A DNA stretch of 64,000 bases, taken from the sequence record LR756511.1, one strand, 5' to 3'. The notes under the pieces were generated by a model. The model had not been told where the DNA came from and searched no databases. It was given only the letters and a program-made list of their open reading frames with translations. The translations under genes and the position numbers were made by a program. Positions 1 to 8,587 of this stretch are shown piece by piece. Each line of letters starts with the position of its first letter. Within the stretch, counting starts at the first letter, position 1.

Positions 1-367
1 TGTCTGACGCAAAGAACCCCACAAAATTATTTTTGTCCCTAAGTCCATACGGGCCAAGGACAAAAAACTTGAAATTCGGTTAAGGTTTTTGCGTATTCCT
101 GGGTAGAACCCTTTTTCTGTTCTGTGACGCCAATAAACGATGTCGTTGGCGTGACAGGCTCCAGAGAAAGATGTTCCGCAAGTCCTTTTCCTGAAAAGGG
201 AAGGACTTTTCGGAATTTCCCGCAAAATGAACGCTAGCGTTCATCCAGTTCCTCCTTTGCTCTCCCCACTAGTAAAGGGGCAAAGGAGAATACGGAAACC
301 AACCAAAAACTCTGACAGTTAGAGAAGTATGGGTAAAAGGGTCGTTGGTTGCCCTTTCCTCTCTTCA

Positions 368-635
368 GTACAGCTCAATTTGAAATTATGTTCCCTAAGT
401 CGTTACGGGGGAAATAGTTGCCCCGAAATTCGGACAGTTCAGTTTTTCCCCCGTTACTACCCCGTAGGGGGTATTTCCTCCCTGCGACGTATAAAATTTA
501 TTTGTCCTTTACGTCGCAAGTCCTTGCTGGCATTCCTTTAAGAATGCTCAATTTTCGCTGCACAATTCCTATTGACTGGTCCGCCAATGTCAGTTCATGC
601 AGACAATTGCCGCAAGTTGGTTCGGTTGTACAGCT
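368..635 (-). promoter_or_regulatory. Two minus-strand AGCTGTAC motif copies (368-375, 628-635)
   Basis: GTACAGCT read directly; they point out of the window, divergent from the + copies at 717 and 894. Confidence 0.7.
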
Positions 636-930
636 TGCGCCGCACAATTTGCGATGTGGTACATATGGGCAATACTGTACCCGCAATNCATGTAGCAATC
701 ACCTTTATGACCTTGAAGCTGTACTGTGTCAGTTTGCCCAAAAAGAAAACGGGCGGCTGTGGCTGTTTGACCACTGGCTCGCCCGTTTCCCCTCTGGATG
801 GTGTTTCGGAGGGTGGGGTAGTGAACATTTGCTTTTTCTTGGAATCTTTTTACCATTGGTGTTTTTTAGGGTAAAGTAGAGTAGCCAAGTTGAAGCTGTA
901 CAAACTTGGTTGTATTACGGAGGTTCGATC

Positions 931-1977
931 ATGGCTCACATGCTGGCGACTGACAATCAGGGACAGGCAATGATGGCTTACGCGGGAGCTACTCCCTGGC
1001 ATAGCCTGGGAACGGCAATTACGGATGAAGCGGTTTGCTATGATCCGCAGGCGTTCATGACCGTGGCGAAGATGGATTGGATGGCGCACAAGCGTCGTCT
1101 TTCCCGTCCCGTGCCGCAGGCGGATGGCACGGTTAAGCATGAGGACGCGAATGCGTGGGAAGTGTATCGGGAGTCGGACGGTGCTATCCTGGCGGATATG
1201 GTGGGCCAGCGTTATACCATTCTCCAGAACAAGGAAGCGTTCAACTGGTTCAAGCCGTTCCTTGAGGCAAAGGAAGCGGCGCTCCATACGGGCGGTGTCC
1301 TGTTCAATGGTTCACGCATTTGGATTCTGGCGAAGTTGAACCGTGATCCGATGGAGATTGCGGCGGGTGACATTGTGGAGAAGTATATTCTTCTCTCTCA
1401 CTCGCACGATGGTTCCCTTGCGGTGCGTGCGGGGTTCACGCCGATTCGCGTGGTTTGCTGGAATACGCTGAGCATGGCGCACAGCGACGAAGCTAGCAAG
1501 CTGATCCGTTTGAAGCATTCGAAGAACATTCATAAGAATCTCGATAATCTTCGGGATGTTATGAATGCGGTTAATGCGGAGTTTGAGGCGACGGCTGAGC
1601 AGTATCGGCTGTTGGTTTCGAAGGCCATTAACCAGGCCGATCTTCGCAAGTATGTGAAGCGGGTGTTTAAGGTGGACGCGGAAGATAACGTTATCTGGCC
1701 GACTGGCGAGCGTAGCAAGGAGATGAAGGAACTCTGCTCCGAGCGTCAGAAGCACATCTTGGAGGAAGTCTTCAAGCTGGTCGAGTCGGGCAAGGGTAAC
1801 AACCTTCCCAGCGTCAGCGGGACGTATTGGGCGGCATACAATGGGGTTACGGAGTATCTGAGCTACGTCAACGGACGTAACGAAGATAATCGTCTCAATT
1901 CCCTCTGGTATGGTGTCAATGCGACCACCAATAAGGAAGCATTGAAGGCTGCGGTGCAAATGGCAATGGCTGTTTAA
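931..1977 (+). CDS. DUF932 / TIGR03299 phage-plasmid family protein
   Basis: MAYAGATPWHSLG N-terminus, Y-x-ILQN-x-EAF, SHDGS...FTPIRVVCWNTL, YNGVTEY; GGAGG at 919-923 favours ATG 931. Confidence 0.85.
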   Translation: MAHMLATDNQGQAMMAYAGATPWHSLGTAITDEAVCYDPQAFMTVAKMDWMAHKRRLSRPVPQADGTVKHEDANAWEVYRESDGAILADMVGQRYTILQNKEAFNWFKPFLEAKEAALHTGGVLFNGSRIWILAKLNRDPMEIAAGDIVEKYILLSHSHDGSLAVRAGFTPIRVVCWNTLSMAHSDEASKLIRLKHSKNIHKNLDNLRDVMNAVNAEFEATAEQYRLLVSKAINQADLRKYVKRVFKVDAEDNVIWPTGERSKEMKELCSERQKHILEEVFKLVESGKGNNLPSVSGTYWAAYNGVTEYLSYVNGRNEDNRLNSLWYGVNATTNKEALKAAVQMAMAV

Positions 1978-2005
1978 CCCTATAGCAGCTGTACTTACAA
2001 TTCTT

Positions 2006-2260
2006 ATGAGAAAAAATGCGGTCTATCATGCGTGTCGTGTTGCGTTTCTTTGTGGGGACGAGAGGATTCCCTGGCATATGGTATGCCATGCAATCAGGCA
2101 AGGCATGGAGTCGCCTTTCATTACTTATAGGCTTCAAGAGAAGGATTATAAGAAGTATCCTCGCTTGAGGGAGCTTGTTGAGTGGATGAATGGGGAGCGG
2201 ACTCAAGAGACGGAACGTGAAGCTGTACGAAAGATTAATGAGAGGAAACGGGCCAGATAG
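2006..2260 (+). CDS. Hypothetical protein
   Basis: ORF follows motif 1987; its 3' end overlaps the tmRNA-like 5' end. Confidence 0.55.
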   Translation: MRKNAVYHACRVAFLCGDERIPWHMVCHAIRQGMESPFITYRLQEKDYKKYPRLRELVEWMNGERTQETEREAVRKINERKRAR

Positions 2261-2383
2261 GTTTCGACATAGGAAATCAGCAACTCCCCGTGCGTTGTGG
2301 CACAAGCTGAAAAAGGCCAACTGAATTAGGCTGGGAGCCAAGTGATATGCCTATGGACTTGGGTTCAAATCCCAACTGGTCCA
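2250..2383 (+). ncRNA. ssrA: Minimal tmRNA-like RNA (tRNA-like domain intact, mRNA-like domain very short)
   Basis: 5' GGGCCAG-ATAGGTTTCGAC; 3' GGAC-TTGGG-TTCAAAT-CCCAA-CTGGTCC-A; G3:U70 pair, discriminator A; P2 ATAGG/CCTAT; motif 2221 upstream. Confidence 0.8.
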
Positions 2384-2415
2384 CTTAAAGTAACCTTTTC
2401 TTGGAGGTTTGTGAC

Positions 2416-2754
2416 ATGCGGAAGCGGCCTGTTGTGACGCAAGTGACGGAACCCGTAGCAAAGATTCAGCACGATGCCAATTCGTATACTGCAATCTATG
2501 TCCTGCGGGATGCTACACAAAAGTTCCGTATGCCTGGAGTCAAGGACGAAAGCCCGCGTGCTTGGGATTATGGTCCCAGCATAATTACGGAGCGAGTGGG
2601 TCCGATGGGTTGTGAGACGGTGACGCATGATCCTGACAACAAAGCGGTCTGGAAGTGGTTGGGGGCATTGATTGCGATTGGTGCCTATGCCATGAACCAC
2701 GAAGAACTTGCGTCAAAGTTGCCTGTTGAGTTGAAGAACTATTGGGCAGCTTAA
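2416..2754 (+). CDS. Hypothetical protein
   Basis: GGAGG at 2403; stop abuts motif 2754. Confidence 0.7.
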   Translation: MRKRPVVTQVTEPVAKIQHDANSYTAIYVLRDATQKFRMPGVKDESPRAWDYGPSIITERVGPMGCETVTHDPDNKAVWKWLGALIAIGAYAMNHEELASKLPVELKNYWAA

Positions 2755-2798
2755 GCTGTACAAACTGACTTACCAAACTCAAAACCTGGAGTATAGTA

Positions 2799-3152
2799 AT
2801 GGATAAGACTTGGCAGAACTACGAGACGTGGGTAGTCGGTTTGTGGATTGACAACGATGAACCGCTCTACCATGAAGTCAAGGAAATGGCGCAGTCTGCG
2901 TGGGATGGTGCATGGCGGTTGTCCGCTAACGCACGCTTGACGGGGACCGAGCCATTTACCCGTGAGGAAAAGGCTTGCCTGAATCTTTCTCGTCAGTTGC
3001 AGAATAAGTTTGAGGAAGATAAGCCAGAGACGACGGGGGTTTGGGCGGATTTGCTTAATGCCGCCCTGGAAGAAGTGAACTGGAAGGAACTGGCCGAGCA
3101 TTTCCTTGAGAATATAGACAAGGAAAGCACTGATGAGGACGAGGAATGTTAG
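2799..3152 (+). CDS. Conserved phage hypothetical protein (W-x-NYETW...LWIDND type)
   Basis: Recognisable N-terminal pattern; GGAG RBS; motif 2754 upstream. Confidence 0.75.
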   Translation: MDKTWQNYETWVVGLWIDNDEPLYHEVKEMAQSAWDGAWRLSANARLTGTEPFTREEKACLNLSRQLQNKFEEDKPETTGVWADLLNAALEEVNWKELAEHFLENIDKESTDEDEEC

Positions 3153-3246
3153 AATTTGTGTTAGTTTTGCCTTTGATGATTTTGGTGGTGCTGATTTCAC
3201 CATATCTTTTGGTTCGTTGGCTTGTTAAAGCTGTACTGAGGGCCAT

Positions 3247-3414
3247 ATGCAAAAGAAAATGTGGGTAGTAACGTTGGTTAAGCCTCCTACTACTAATGAC
3301 TTTCGTTCAGATTATTTCCCGCGAAGGTTTCATTATAAGCGGGATGCGAATGAGTTGAAGGTGGAAGTGGAGCATAAGGGTGGGGAGGCGAAGGTAGAGC
3401 GAGCAAAGGATTAA
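3247..3414 (+). CDS. Hypothetical 55-aa protein
   Basis: Translated by hand (MQKKMWVVTLVKPP...); GAGG after motif 3229. Confidence 0.6.
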   Translation: MQKKMWVVTLVKPPTTNDFRSDYFPRRFHYKRDANELKVEVEHKGGEAKVERAKD

Positions 3415-3630
3415 AAAAAGCGGGACTCATGCGTAAGACTTAACCTGTTGGCTTAGCATGGGTATAGACAATTGCTTCAACCTTGAAACTGTCAACAGAG
3501 TTTTCGAGGGGACAAGAAGCTACCGCTTGGGGCGAAGCCATTATACTGTTTACAGTCAATGGTGGCATACGTTTCCGCTAATATGCCCAAAGTATAACAT
3601 GGAAACGTATGTTTTCAAGCGTCCCTTTTT
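3415..3630 (+). ncRNA. Candidate structured RNA
   Basis: GGGAC/GTCCC closing pair; 11-bp stem CATACGTTTCC 3566-3576 / GGAAACGTATG 3601-3611. Confidence 0.35.
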
Positions 3631-3688
3631 GAAGCTGTACTAAATGGTTCAAGCGACGAAACCAAAACACTCTTGAAAGGGGTCTACA

Positions 3689-4489
3689 ATGTCGGCTTTG
3701 GACAAACTGAGCAAGTTGCAGAAGAAGGTAAGCACGACGGAGAAGGTGAAGGAGACGCGGGAACGTCCTGAAATGACGGTGCCCGCCATTGTGAAGCTGG
3801 CATTTACCCGTTTGATTCCTGCTCAGCGTATTGCGAAGATTGCTGAGGAGCGCATTAAGATTGAGAATGCGCTTGTATCTGATGAAATGATCGGGGTTTA
3901 TGCTGATTGTTTGTTTTCGCAGGGTTGTCGTCCGACGAATCCCCGCATCAATTTGGAGAAGGATGGTCGGCCTGATATTTCGGGGCTGTTCCAGGTGCAG
4001 GAACGGTTCAAAGTTCAGTGCGAAAAGACGACGGCGCCATTGCGTGACCGTCTTATCAGCGCCTTTGTTTCGGCTGGAGTTGCTCCTGCCGTCGCTGAAA
4101 AGCTGGTGGAAATGGAGATTAAGTATCTTCCCACCACTACCCTAAAGAAGCCTCTTAATGAGCTTGCCGAAGGGACGGACGTTGAGAAGTCAGCGGCGGA
4201 AAAGATTATCGGTCTGTGTATCGGTGAAGCGGTTGAACCGTTGACCGATGACGAACGAGAAGCGGCAATTTTACAGTATGAAGTTGCCGAAGTCAAGGAT
4301 GGATTCCTTGAGCGTGTAAGGGGTTACGTCACTTCGGCACAGCAGTTGAAGCTGGTGTTTAAGGTTGTGACGCCTGTTCATTTTGTGAGTCATGGGAAGT
4401 TTGGCGAGTCGGATACGCCAGAGGAACAGGTCAAGCGATTGGCAGAGGAAGCGGCCAAGCTGGTTCTTGGCACGCCACTGAAGAAGTAA
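3689..4489 (+). CDS. Hypothetical protein, 266 aa
   Basis: Long ORF, RBS, motif 3633 upstream, terminator downstream. Confidence 0.8.
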   Translation: MSALDKLSKLQKKVSTTEKVKETRERPEMTVPAIVKLAFTRLIPAQRIAKIAEERIKIENALVSDEMIGVYADCLFSQGCRPTNPRINLEKDGRPDISGLFQVQERFKVQCEKTTAPLRDRLISAFVSAGVAPAVAEKLVEMEIKYLPTTTLKKPLNELAEGTDVEKSAAEKIIGLCIGEAVEPLTDDEREAAILQYEVAEVKDGFLERVRGYVTSAQQLKLVFKVVTPVHFVSHGKFGESDTPEEQVKRLAEEAAKLVLGTPLKK

Positions 4490-4509
4490 GCGGCACGGTC
4501 CTGTCCCAA

Positions 4510-4543
4510 GGGGAGTAGGGTAACACCTACTCCCCTCTTTTTT
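4510..4543 (+). terminator. Intrinsic terminator
   Basis: GGGGAGTAGG-GTAACA-CCTACTCCCC then a T-run. Confidence 0.8.
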
Positions 4544-4593
4544 GCGCCACTTGTTATAAAGCTGTACTTAAGGCTAAACAAAGGGGGATTATC

Positions 4594-4785
4594 ATGTTGC
4601 CGAATACTGTGGGCGAGTTGAGGGAGTTTATCAAGGGCTTGCCTGATGAAATGCCGTTCAATCTGGAAGTAGATGTTAGTGTGGATACTGTCAAGCTGGA
4701 GGTAGAGGATCAGCTTTCGGGCTATGACGGCAAGAATTACGTCTATAAGAAGATGTTGGTCTTGACGGTGGACGTGTCTTGTTAA
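4594..4785 (+). CDS. Hypothetical protein
   Basis: Between motifs 4560 and 4786; GGGGG RBS. Confidence 0.7.
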   Translation: MLPNTVGELREFIKGLPDEMPFNLEVDVSVDTVKLEVEDQLSGYDGKNYVYKKMLVLTVDVSC

Positions 4786-4807
4786 AGCTGTACTAAAAGG
4801 GTTTACC

Positions 4808-5113
4808 ATGAAAAAAACAATGTCAATTCTGATGGTTGTGGGCAAACGATGGTTTAATCGTGGCCCTGGTAACACCTACCATTCGGCAGCGATTTATGTC
4901 GATGGTGATTGTGTCCATAAGATTGATTATGCCTATGGTTATGGCGATCAATACTTATGGAATGCATCGCTTTGGCTGGAAGAAAATGGTTATCTTCCTG
5001 GTCGAACGCACAGCAGTAACGGAAGTCGTGAAGCCCTATGGCGTTATTGCGAGCGCATGGGGATTAAATTCTCTTACAATGTCTCTGATGTGCAAAGGAA
5101 GAAAGACCTTTAA
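4808..5113 (+). CDS. Conserved phage hypothetical protein
   Basis: KRWF...GNTYHSA...YGYGDQY pattern; between motifs 4786 and 5115. Confidence 0.75.
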   Translation: MKKTMSILMVVGKRWFNRGPGNTYHSAAIYVDGDCVHKIDYAYGYGDQYLWNASLWLEENGYLPGRTHSSNGSREALWRYCERMGIKFSYNVSDVQRKKDL

Positions 5114-5157
5114 CAGCTGTACTAAAAGCGTTGTAACTCTAACTCAAGGAGATTCAG

Positions 5158-5628
5158 ATGAGCGTTGAAGATGCCATGAAGGATTTGATTGATGACCGTA
5201 TTTCTGAGGCTGACCTGAGTGACAAGATTCAGGATGAACTGCCTAACTTCAATGAGAAGATCGAAGAGGCGCTGAAGGATCACGATTTCAGGGATGCGAT
5301 TTCGGATGCGTTGGACGATTACGACATGGATCAGGACATCGGCAAGGCGCTGGAGCATTTCGACTTTAGCGATGCGGTTTCGGAAGCGTTTAGCTATGAC
5401 CGTCGCGTTCAGCACACGCTTAAGACGGAAGTGCGTGAGCGGGTTGACGATCAGGTGGGCGAATATGTCCAGTCGCCCGAATTCGTTTCGCTGGTGCGTG
5501 GCGTGGTCGTTAATGTCCTTTGGGACATTTTCACGCTCAAGGCATTGCGGGGCAAGGCAACGGTGTATAAGGCGGAAGTGATTAAGTTCACAAAGGATCA
5601 GGTGAGTCGGCTCCGTAAGGCAGCTTAA
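5158..5628 (+). CDS. Acidic helical-repeat hypothetical protein
   Basis: AAGGAG RBS; repeated D-F-x-D-A-I/V-x-D/E-A pattern. Confidence 0.75.
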   Translation: MSVEDAMKDLIDDRISEADLSDKIQDELPNFNEKIEEALKDHDFRDAISDALDDYDMDQDIGKALEHFDFSDAVSEAFSYDRRVQHTLKTEVRERVDDQVGEYVQSPEFVSLVRGVVVNVLWDIFTLKALRGKATVYKAEVIKFTKDQVSRLRKAA

Positions 5629-5687
5629 AGCTGTACTAAACGTGGTTGTCGGTTAAACAACAACTTTTCTCTTTCTCAAGGGGGTGC

Positions 5688-6077
5688 ATGATGGCGTTCG
5701 AAGTGTTCGGTTCCTACCGTGGTGAGGCGATGGTGGCGGGTGATGCTCTGGAGGTTTACGATGACGGGGTTGTGAATCCCGCTCCGAAGCTTCGCAAGCC
5801 GCGCAATGACAAGGGCGTGCCGCGTGGCCCGCGTAAGGTTGCTCCGAAAGTGGTCGCAAAGACCGCTCCGAAGGGTAGCAAGCGTGGCCCTGGTCGCCCG
5901 CGTGTCTACAATGGTCAGGTTCGCCGTATTGTGGGGTCGTTCCTCAAGAAGTACGGTCTGACCAAGGGAATCGAGAAGCTTGCGACGGAACGCAAGATCA
6001 AGGTTTCCCTTACGCTGGCCCGCTCCGTTGCGGAACAGTATGGGATTGAGTTCAAGCTGGGTCGTCCCGCCGCGTAA
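5688..6077 (+). CDS. Basic protein with AT-hook-like motif, putative DNA-binding
   Basis: KRGPGRPR and GRP motifs; K/R-rich. Confidence 0.6.
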   Translation: MMAFEVFGSYRGEAMVAGDALEVYDDGVVNPAPKLRKPRNDKGVPRGPRKVAPKVVAKTAPKGSKRGPGRPRVYNGQVRRIVGSFLKKYGLTKGIEKLATERKIKVSLTLARSVAEQYGIEFKLGRPAA

Positions 6078-6086
6078 TGCGGCTAC

Positions 6087-6128
6087 GGGGAGCAGGGGCG
6101 GATGTGCCCCTGTCTCCCCTTTTCTTTT
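6087..6128 (+). terminator. Intrinsic terminator
   Basis: GGGGAG-CAGGGGC...GCCCCTG-TCTCCCC plus T-run. Confidence 0.75.
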
Positions 6129-6308
6129 GCCCTCTAGCTTTTTATAAAGCTGTACTAAAAACGGGTGTAGCTTTACCTTACTGGAGGATTGCAATGGATC
6201 GTGAAGAGATGATTGAAGTGATTGTGGCTGACGATTGCGGGGATGTTGTGGTTGTGCGGGTTTGAAAAGGCTGGCGATTGGGTTCACGATAACATCTAAA
6301 GCTGTAAA

Positions 6309-6392
6309 GGCCGCGTGGCGAAATTGGCAAACGCAACGGTCTTAAGAACCGTTACCCGTAAGGGTTTGCGGGTTCAAGTCCCGCCGTGGCTA
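6309..6392 (+). tRNA. tRNA-Leu(TAA)
   Basis: Acceptor GGCCGCG/CGTGGCT; anticodon arm ACGGT-CTTAAGA-ACCGT; long variable arm; GCGGG-TTCAAGT-CCCGC; CCA not encoded. Confidence 0.92.
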
Positions 6393-6435
6393 TTATAAAG
6401 CTGTACTTAAAGGGTTATCTCTAACGGAGGATAAC

Positions 6436-6729
6436 ATGGATCTACGCGACGCGCTGGACGAGTTTGAAACGCAGGAAAACCTGAGTCGAAATGAGGGGAC
6501 AACGGGCGTCAAGAATCTCTGTCGCATTGTTCACGCGATGGGATATAAGGACCGCCAGTATTTCGGACAATTCCATCAGGCGGGAAGTTATGGCGATCTA
6601 ATCACTTTCCTTGAGGACAATCCTGGCTGCGTGGAAGCAATCAAGGACTGGATTGCCGAGCAAGACGCGATGGAATGGGCGGAAGAGTTGGAATCGCATC
6701 TTGATGCGAAAGATGAGGACGAAGATTAA
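6436..6729 (+). CDS. Hypothetical protein
   Basis: GGAGG RBS; between motifs 6399 and 6729. Confidence 0.75.
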   Translation: MDLRDALDEFETQENLSRNEGTTGVKNLCRIVHAMGYKDRQYFGQFHQAGSYGDLITFLEDNPGCVEAIKDWIAEQDAMEWAEELESHLDAKDEDED

Positions 6730-6766
6730 GCTGTACAAACAGCATTAGTGAAACACTGTGCGAGAT

Positions 6767-6944
6767 GGACGAAGGGTAAGCCGTAAGCCAAGCGCACTGT
6801 CTATCCAGTCGGCAACGGTTCTCTGGCTGGCTCCATGCAGGGGTTAAGCTGGGGCAAGATTTCTCTAGCGCAACCGCGATAAAACGGCAACGCCCGATCA
6901 GGGTGGGGCCGCTGACGGTGAGGAAGCAACAGTTACCCTAGTCC
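6767..6944 (+). ncRNA. Candidate structured RNA
   Basis: Closing stem GGAC-GA-AGGGTAA / TTACCCT-A-GTCC; no ORF in the track; follows motif 6729. Confidence 0.45.
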
Positions 6945-6965
6945 GTTACATTCAAAGGGGCAATC

Positions 6966-7238
6966 ATGGCAAAGGTCTATCAAGCGGTCAATCCTGTCTA
7001 TAACGAGGACATTCAACCCTGGCCTAGCTCTTATGAGCTAGTGGCCGAAGTGGACACGGACAATCTTGAGGTTGCTTTCCAGCAAACCAATACGATTATG
7101 CATCCGTGGTGGGAGAATGTGGACGTGGCGGCGTTCAAGCGTGCCCGCTCAACGTCAGTCGGTGACATTGTGGAAATCAAGGGTAAGTTTTGGATGGTTT
7201 GTATGGCTGGCTGGAAGGAAGTCACCAAGCTGTACTAA
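6966..7238 (+). CDS. YodL-like domain protein
   Basis: RSTSVGDIV...W-x-V-x-x-x-GW pattern. Confidence 0.55.
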   Translation: MAKVYQAVNPVYNEDIQPWPSSYELVAEVDTDNLEVAFQQTNTIMHPWWENVDVAAFKRARSTSVGDIVEIKGKFWMVCMAGWKEVTKLY

Positions 7239-7246
7239 AGGCTAAC

Positions 7247-7495
7247 ATGAAACTTTACGAGCAAGCCGACAAAACTGGTGACAAGGTGACGTATTCCTGG
7301 CTACTAGAAGCCCCTTATAACATGCGGGGGCGTTTAGTAGACTGGAAATGGGTCAAAGGTGTAGGTGGCAAGGGCTGTTATGTCACTAACAACCTATTGC
7401 TTGCTATCGTAACAGCAAGGCGGTTCGGGTTGGGCAAGCCGATTAGTAACGGAACGCACGGTTCTGTTAAGGCTGAGATGAGTAGCTTTAGCTAA
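7247..7495 (+). CDS. Hypothetical protein
   Basis: ATG 11 nt after motif 7228. Confidence 0.6.
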   Translation: MKLYEQADKTGDKVTYSWLLEAPYNMRGRLVDWKWVKGVGGKGCYVTNNLLLAIVTARRFGLGKPISNGTHGSVKAEMSSFS

Positions 7496-7544
7496 AGAGA
7501 GTCATGCAGCTGTACAAAACGGTGTTGTGTAACTGAGTTCTAAC

Positions 7545-7757
7545 GTGAAGGAGATTGGAATGCTGGTCGTGCTGAAGGGAACGCATCCTGTTGAGGGTGA
7601 GCTTTGCAATGAGTTTACCCTGAATGAACGGGATACGGCGGTGCATGTTGGGAAGCGATGGTTGGCGAAGGGATGGCGTCCGCGTCTGTTCATCAAGTCC
7701 TTCGATGGCCGCTTTACTTGGCTCACTTCTTCTCTGGCCGAGCGCAAGGCGGCGTAG
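7545..7757 (+). CDS. Hypothetical protein
   Basis: After motif 7508; hairpin follows the stop. Confidence 0.65.
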   Translation: MKEIGMLVVLKGTHPVEGELCNEFTLNERDTAVHVGKRWLAKGWRPRLFIKSFDGRFTWLTSSLAERKAA

Positions 7758-7950
7758 TGCTGGGACAGGGGAGGGGCAATCCTCTCCCCTGTCAGTAAAA
7801 GGGCGTGGATAAAGCTGTACAAACGTAAGTCATGGGAGCTTATTCAATGCTATTATGGCTGATTTGCTGTTGGTGGCCATGCCTTGTGATCCCGCACGGA
7901 AAGTCGCATGACATTTTACCATTGCTAGATTTTGGAGTAAAGTGTAAAAG

Positions 7951-8039
7951 GAACCTACCTATAGTCGTGGGCTGAACAGGGGCGGGGTTCGCTCCGTCCC
8001 TAAAGACTACTAAATTGGCGACTAATTAGAGGTTGGTTC
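7951..8039 (+). ncRNA. Candidate structured RNA
   Basis: Nested stems GAACC-T-ACCT/AGGT-T-GGTTC, TAGTC/GACTA, and a 10-bp UUCG-capped hairpin 7978-8001. Confidence 0.35.
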
Positions 8040-8062
8040 GATGAGACTGGTTTGCGAGACTG

Positions 8063-8100
8063 GCACGGTGGGCGAAGGCCAAGCCCACCGTGCATTTTTT
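8063..8100 (+). terminator. Intrinsic terminator
   Basis: 11-bp stem GCACGGTGGGC/GCCCACCGTGC then ATTTTTT. Confidence 0.85.
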
Positions 8101-8140
8101 CGCTGCTCACTCTTATAGAGCTGTACTAACTGAGGATACT

Positions 8141-8587
8141 ATGAGTCAAATTCTTGTAATCATGCAGGGTCCGAGCGGTGGTGGCAAGTCAACTCTTGCC
8201 AATACCCATATCAAGCCGTTGCTTGAGGCTATGGGGCACACTGTCCGCATCTGCTCGACGGACGATCAGTTTAAGGTGGACGGCGTTTATCGCTTTGATC
8301 CGACCAAGTTGACGGCCTACCATGCCATTAACCAGAAGCTTGCTGCTGAAGCTTTGGAGCGTGGCGAGAGCGTTATTGTGGACAATACGAATCTTGCTCG
8401 CTGGGAAGCGAAGCCGTATGTTCAGGTGGCGCATCGTTTAGGCATTCCTGTTTCTTTCCATCATGTCGATGGGAACTATAAGAATGTTCACGGTGTTCCT
8501 GATGGAAAGGTGGAGCTAATGCGTTCCCGCGTTGAACCTTTGACGCTGGAAGGGTGTCTAGGTGCCAAGGCGCCGTGGGAGAAGTAA
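8141..8587 (+). CDS. P-loop kinase (AAA_33 / polynucleotide-kinase-like, N4BP2-type)
   Basis: Walker A GPSGGGKST, CSTDD, VIVDNTN, NVHGVP. Confidence 0.85.
   Translation: MSQILVIMQGPSGGGKSTLANTHIKPLLEAMGHTVRICSTDDQFKVDGVYRFDPTKLTAYHAINQKLAAEALERGESVIVDNTNLARWEAKPYVQVAHRLGIPVSFHHVDGNYKNVHGVPDGKVELMRSRVEPLTLEGCLGAKAPWEK

Noticed and set aside
329-879. Overlapping ORFs in the track at the window start
   Set aside because: Mutually overlapping, no RBS, atypical composition, and they contain N688.
6740-6960. SRP RNA, RNase P RNA or riboswitch
   Set aside because: GGAAGCAAC resembles SRP domain IV but the CAGG-stem-GNRA-stem-AGCA geometry is absent; no GAGGAAAGUCC; no riboswitch consensus recognised.
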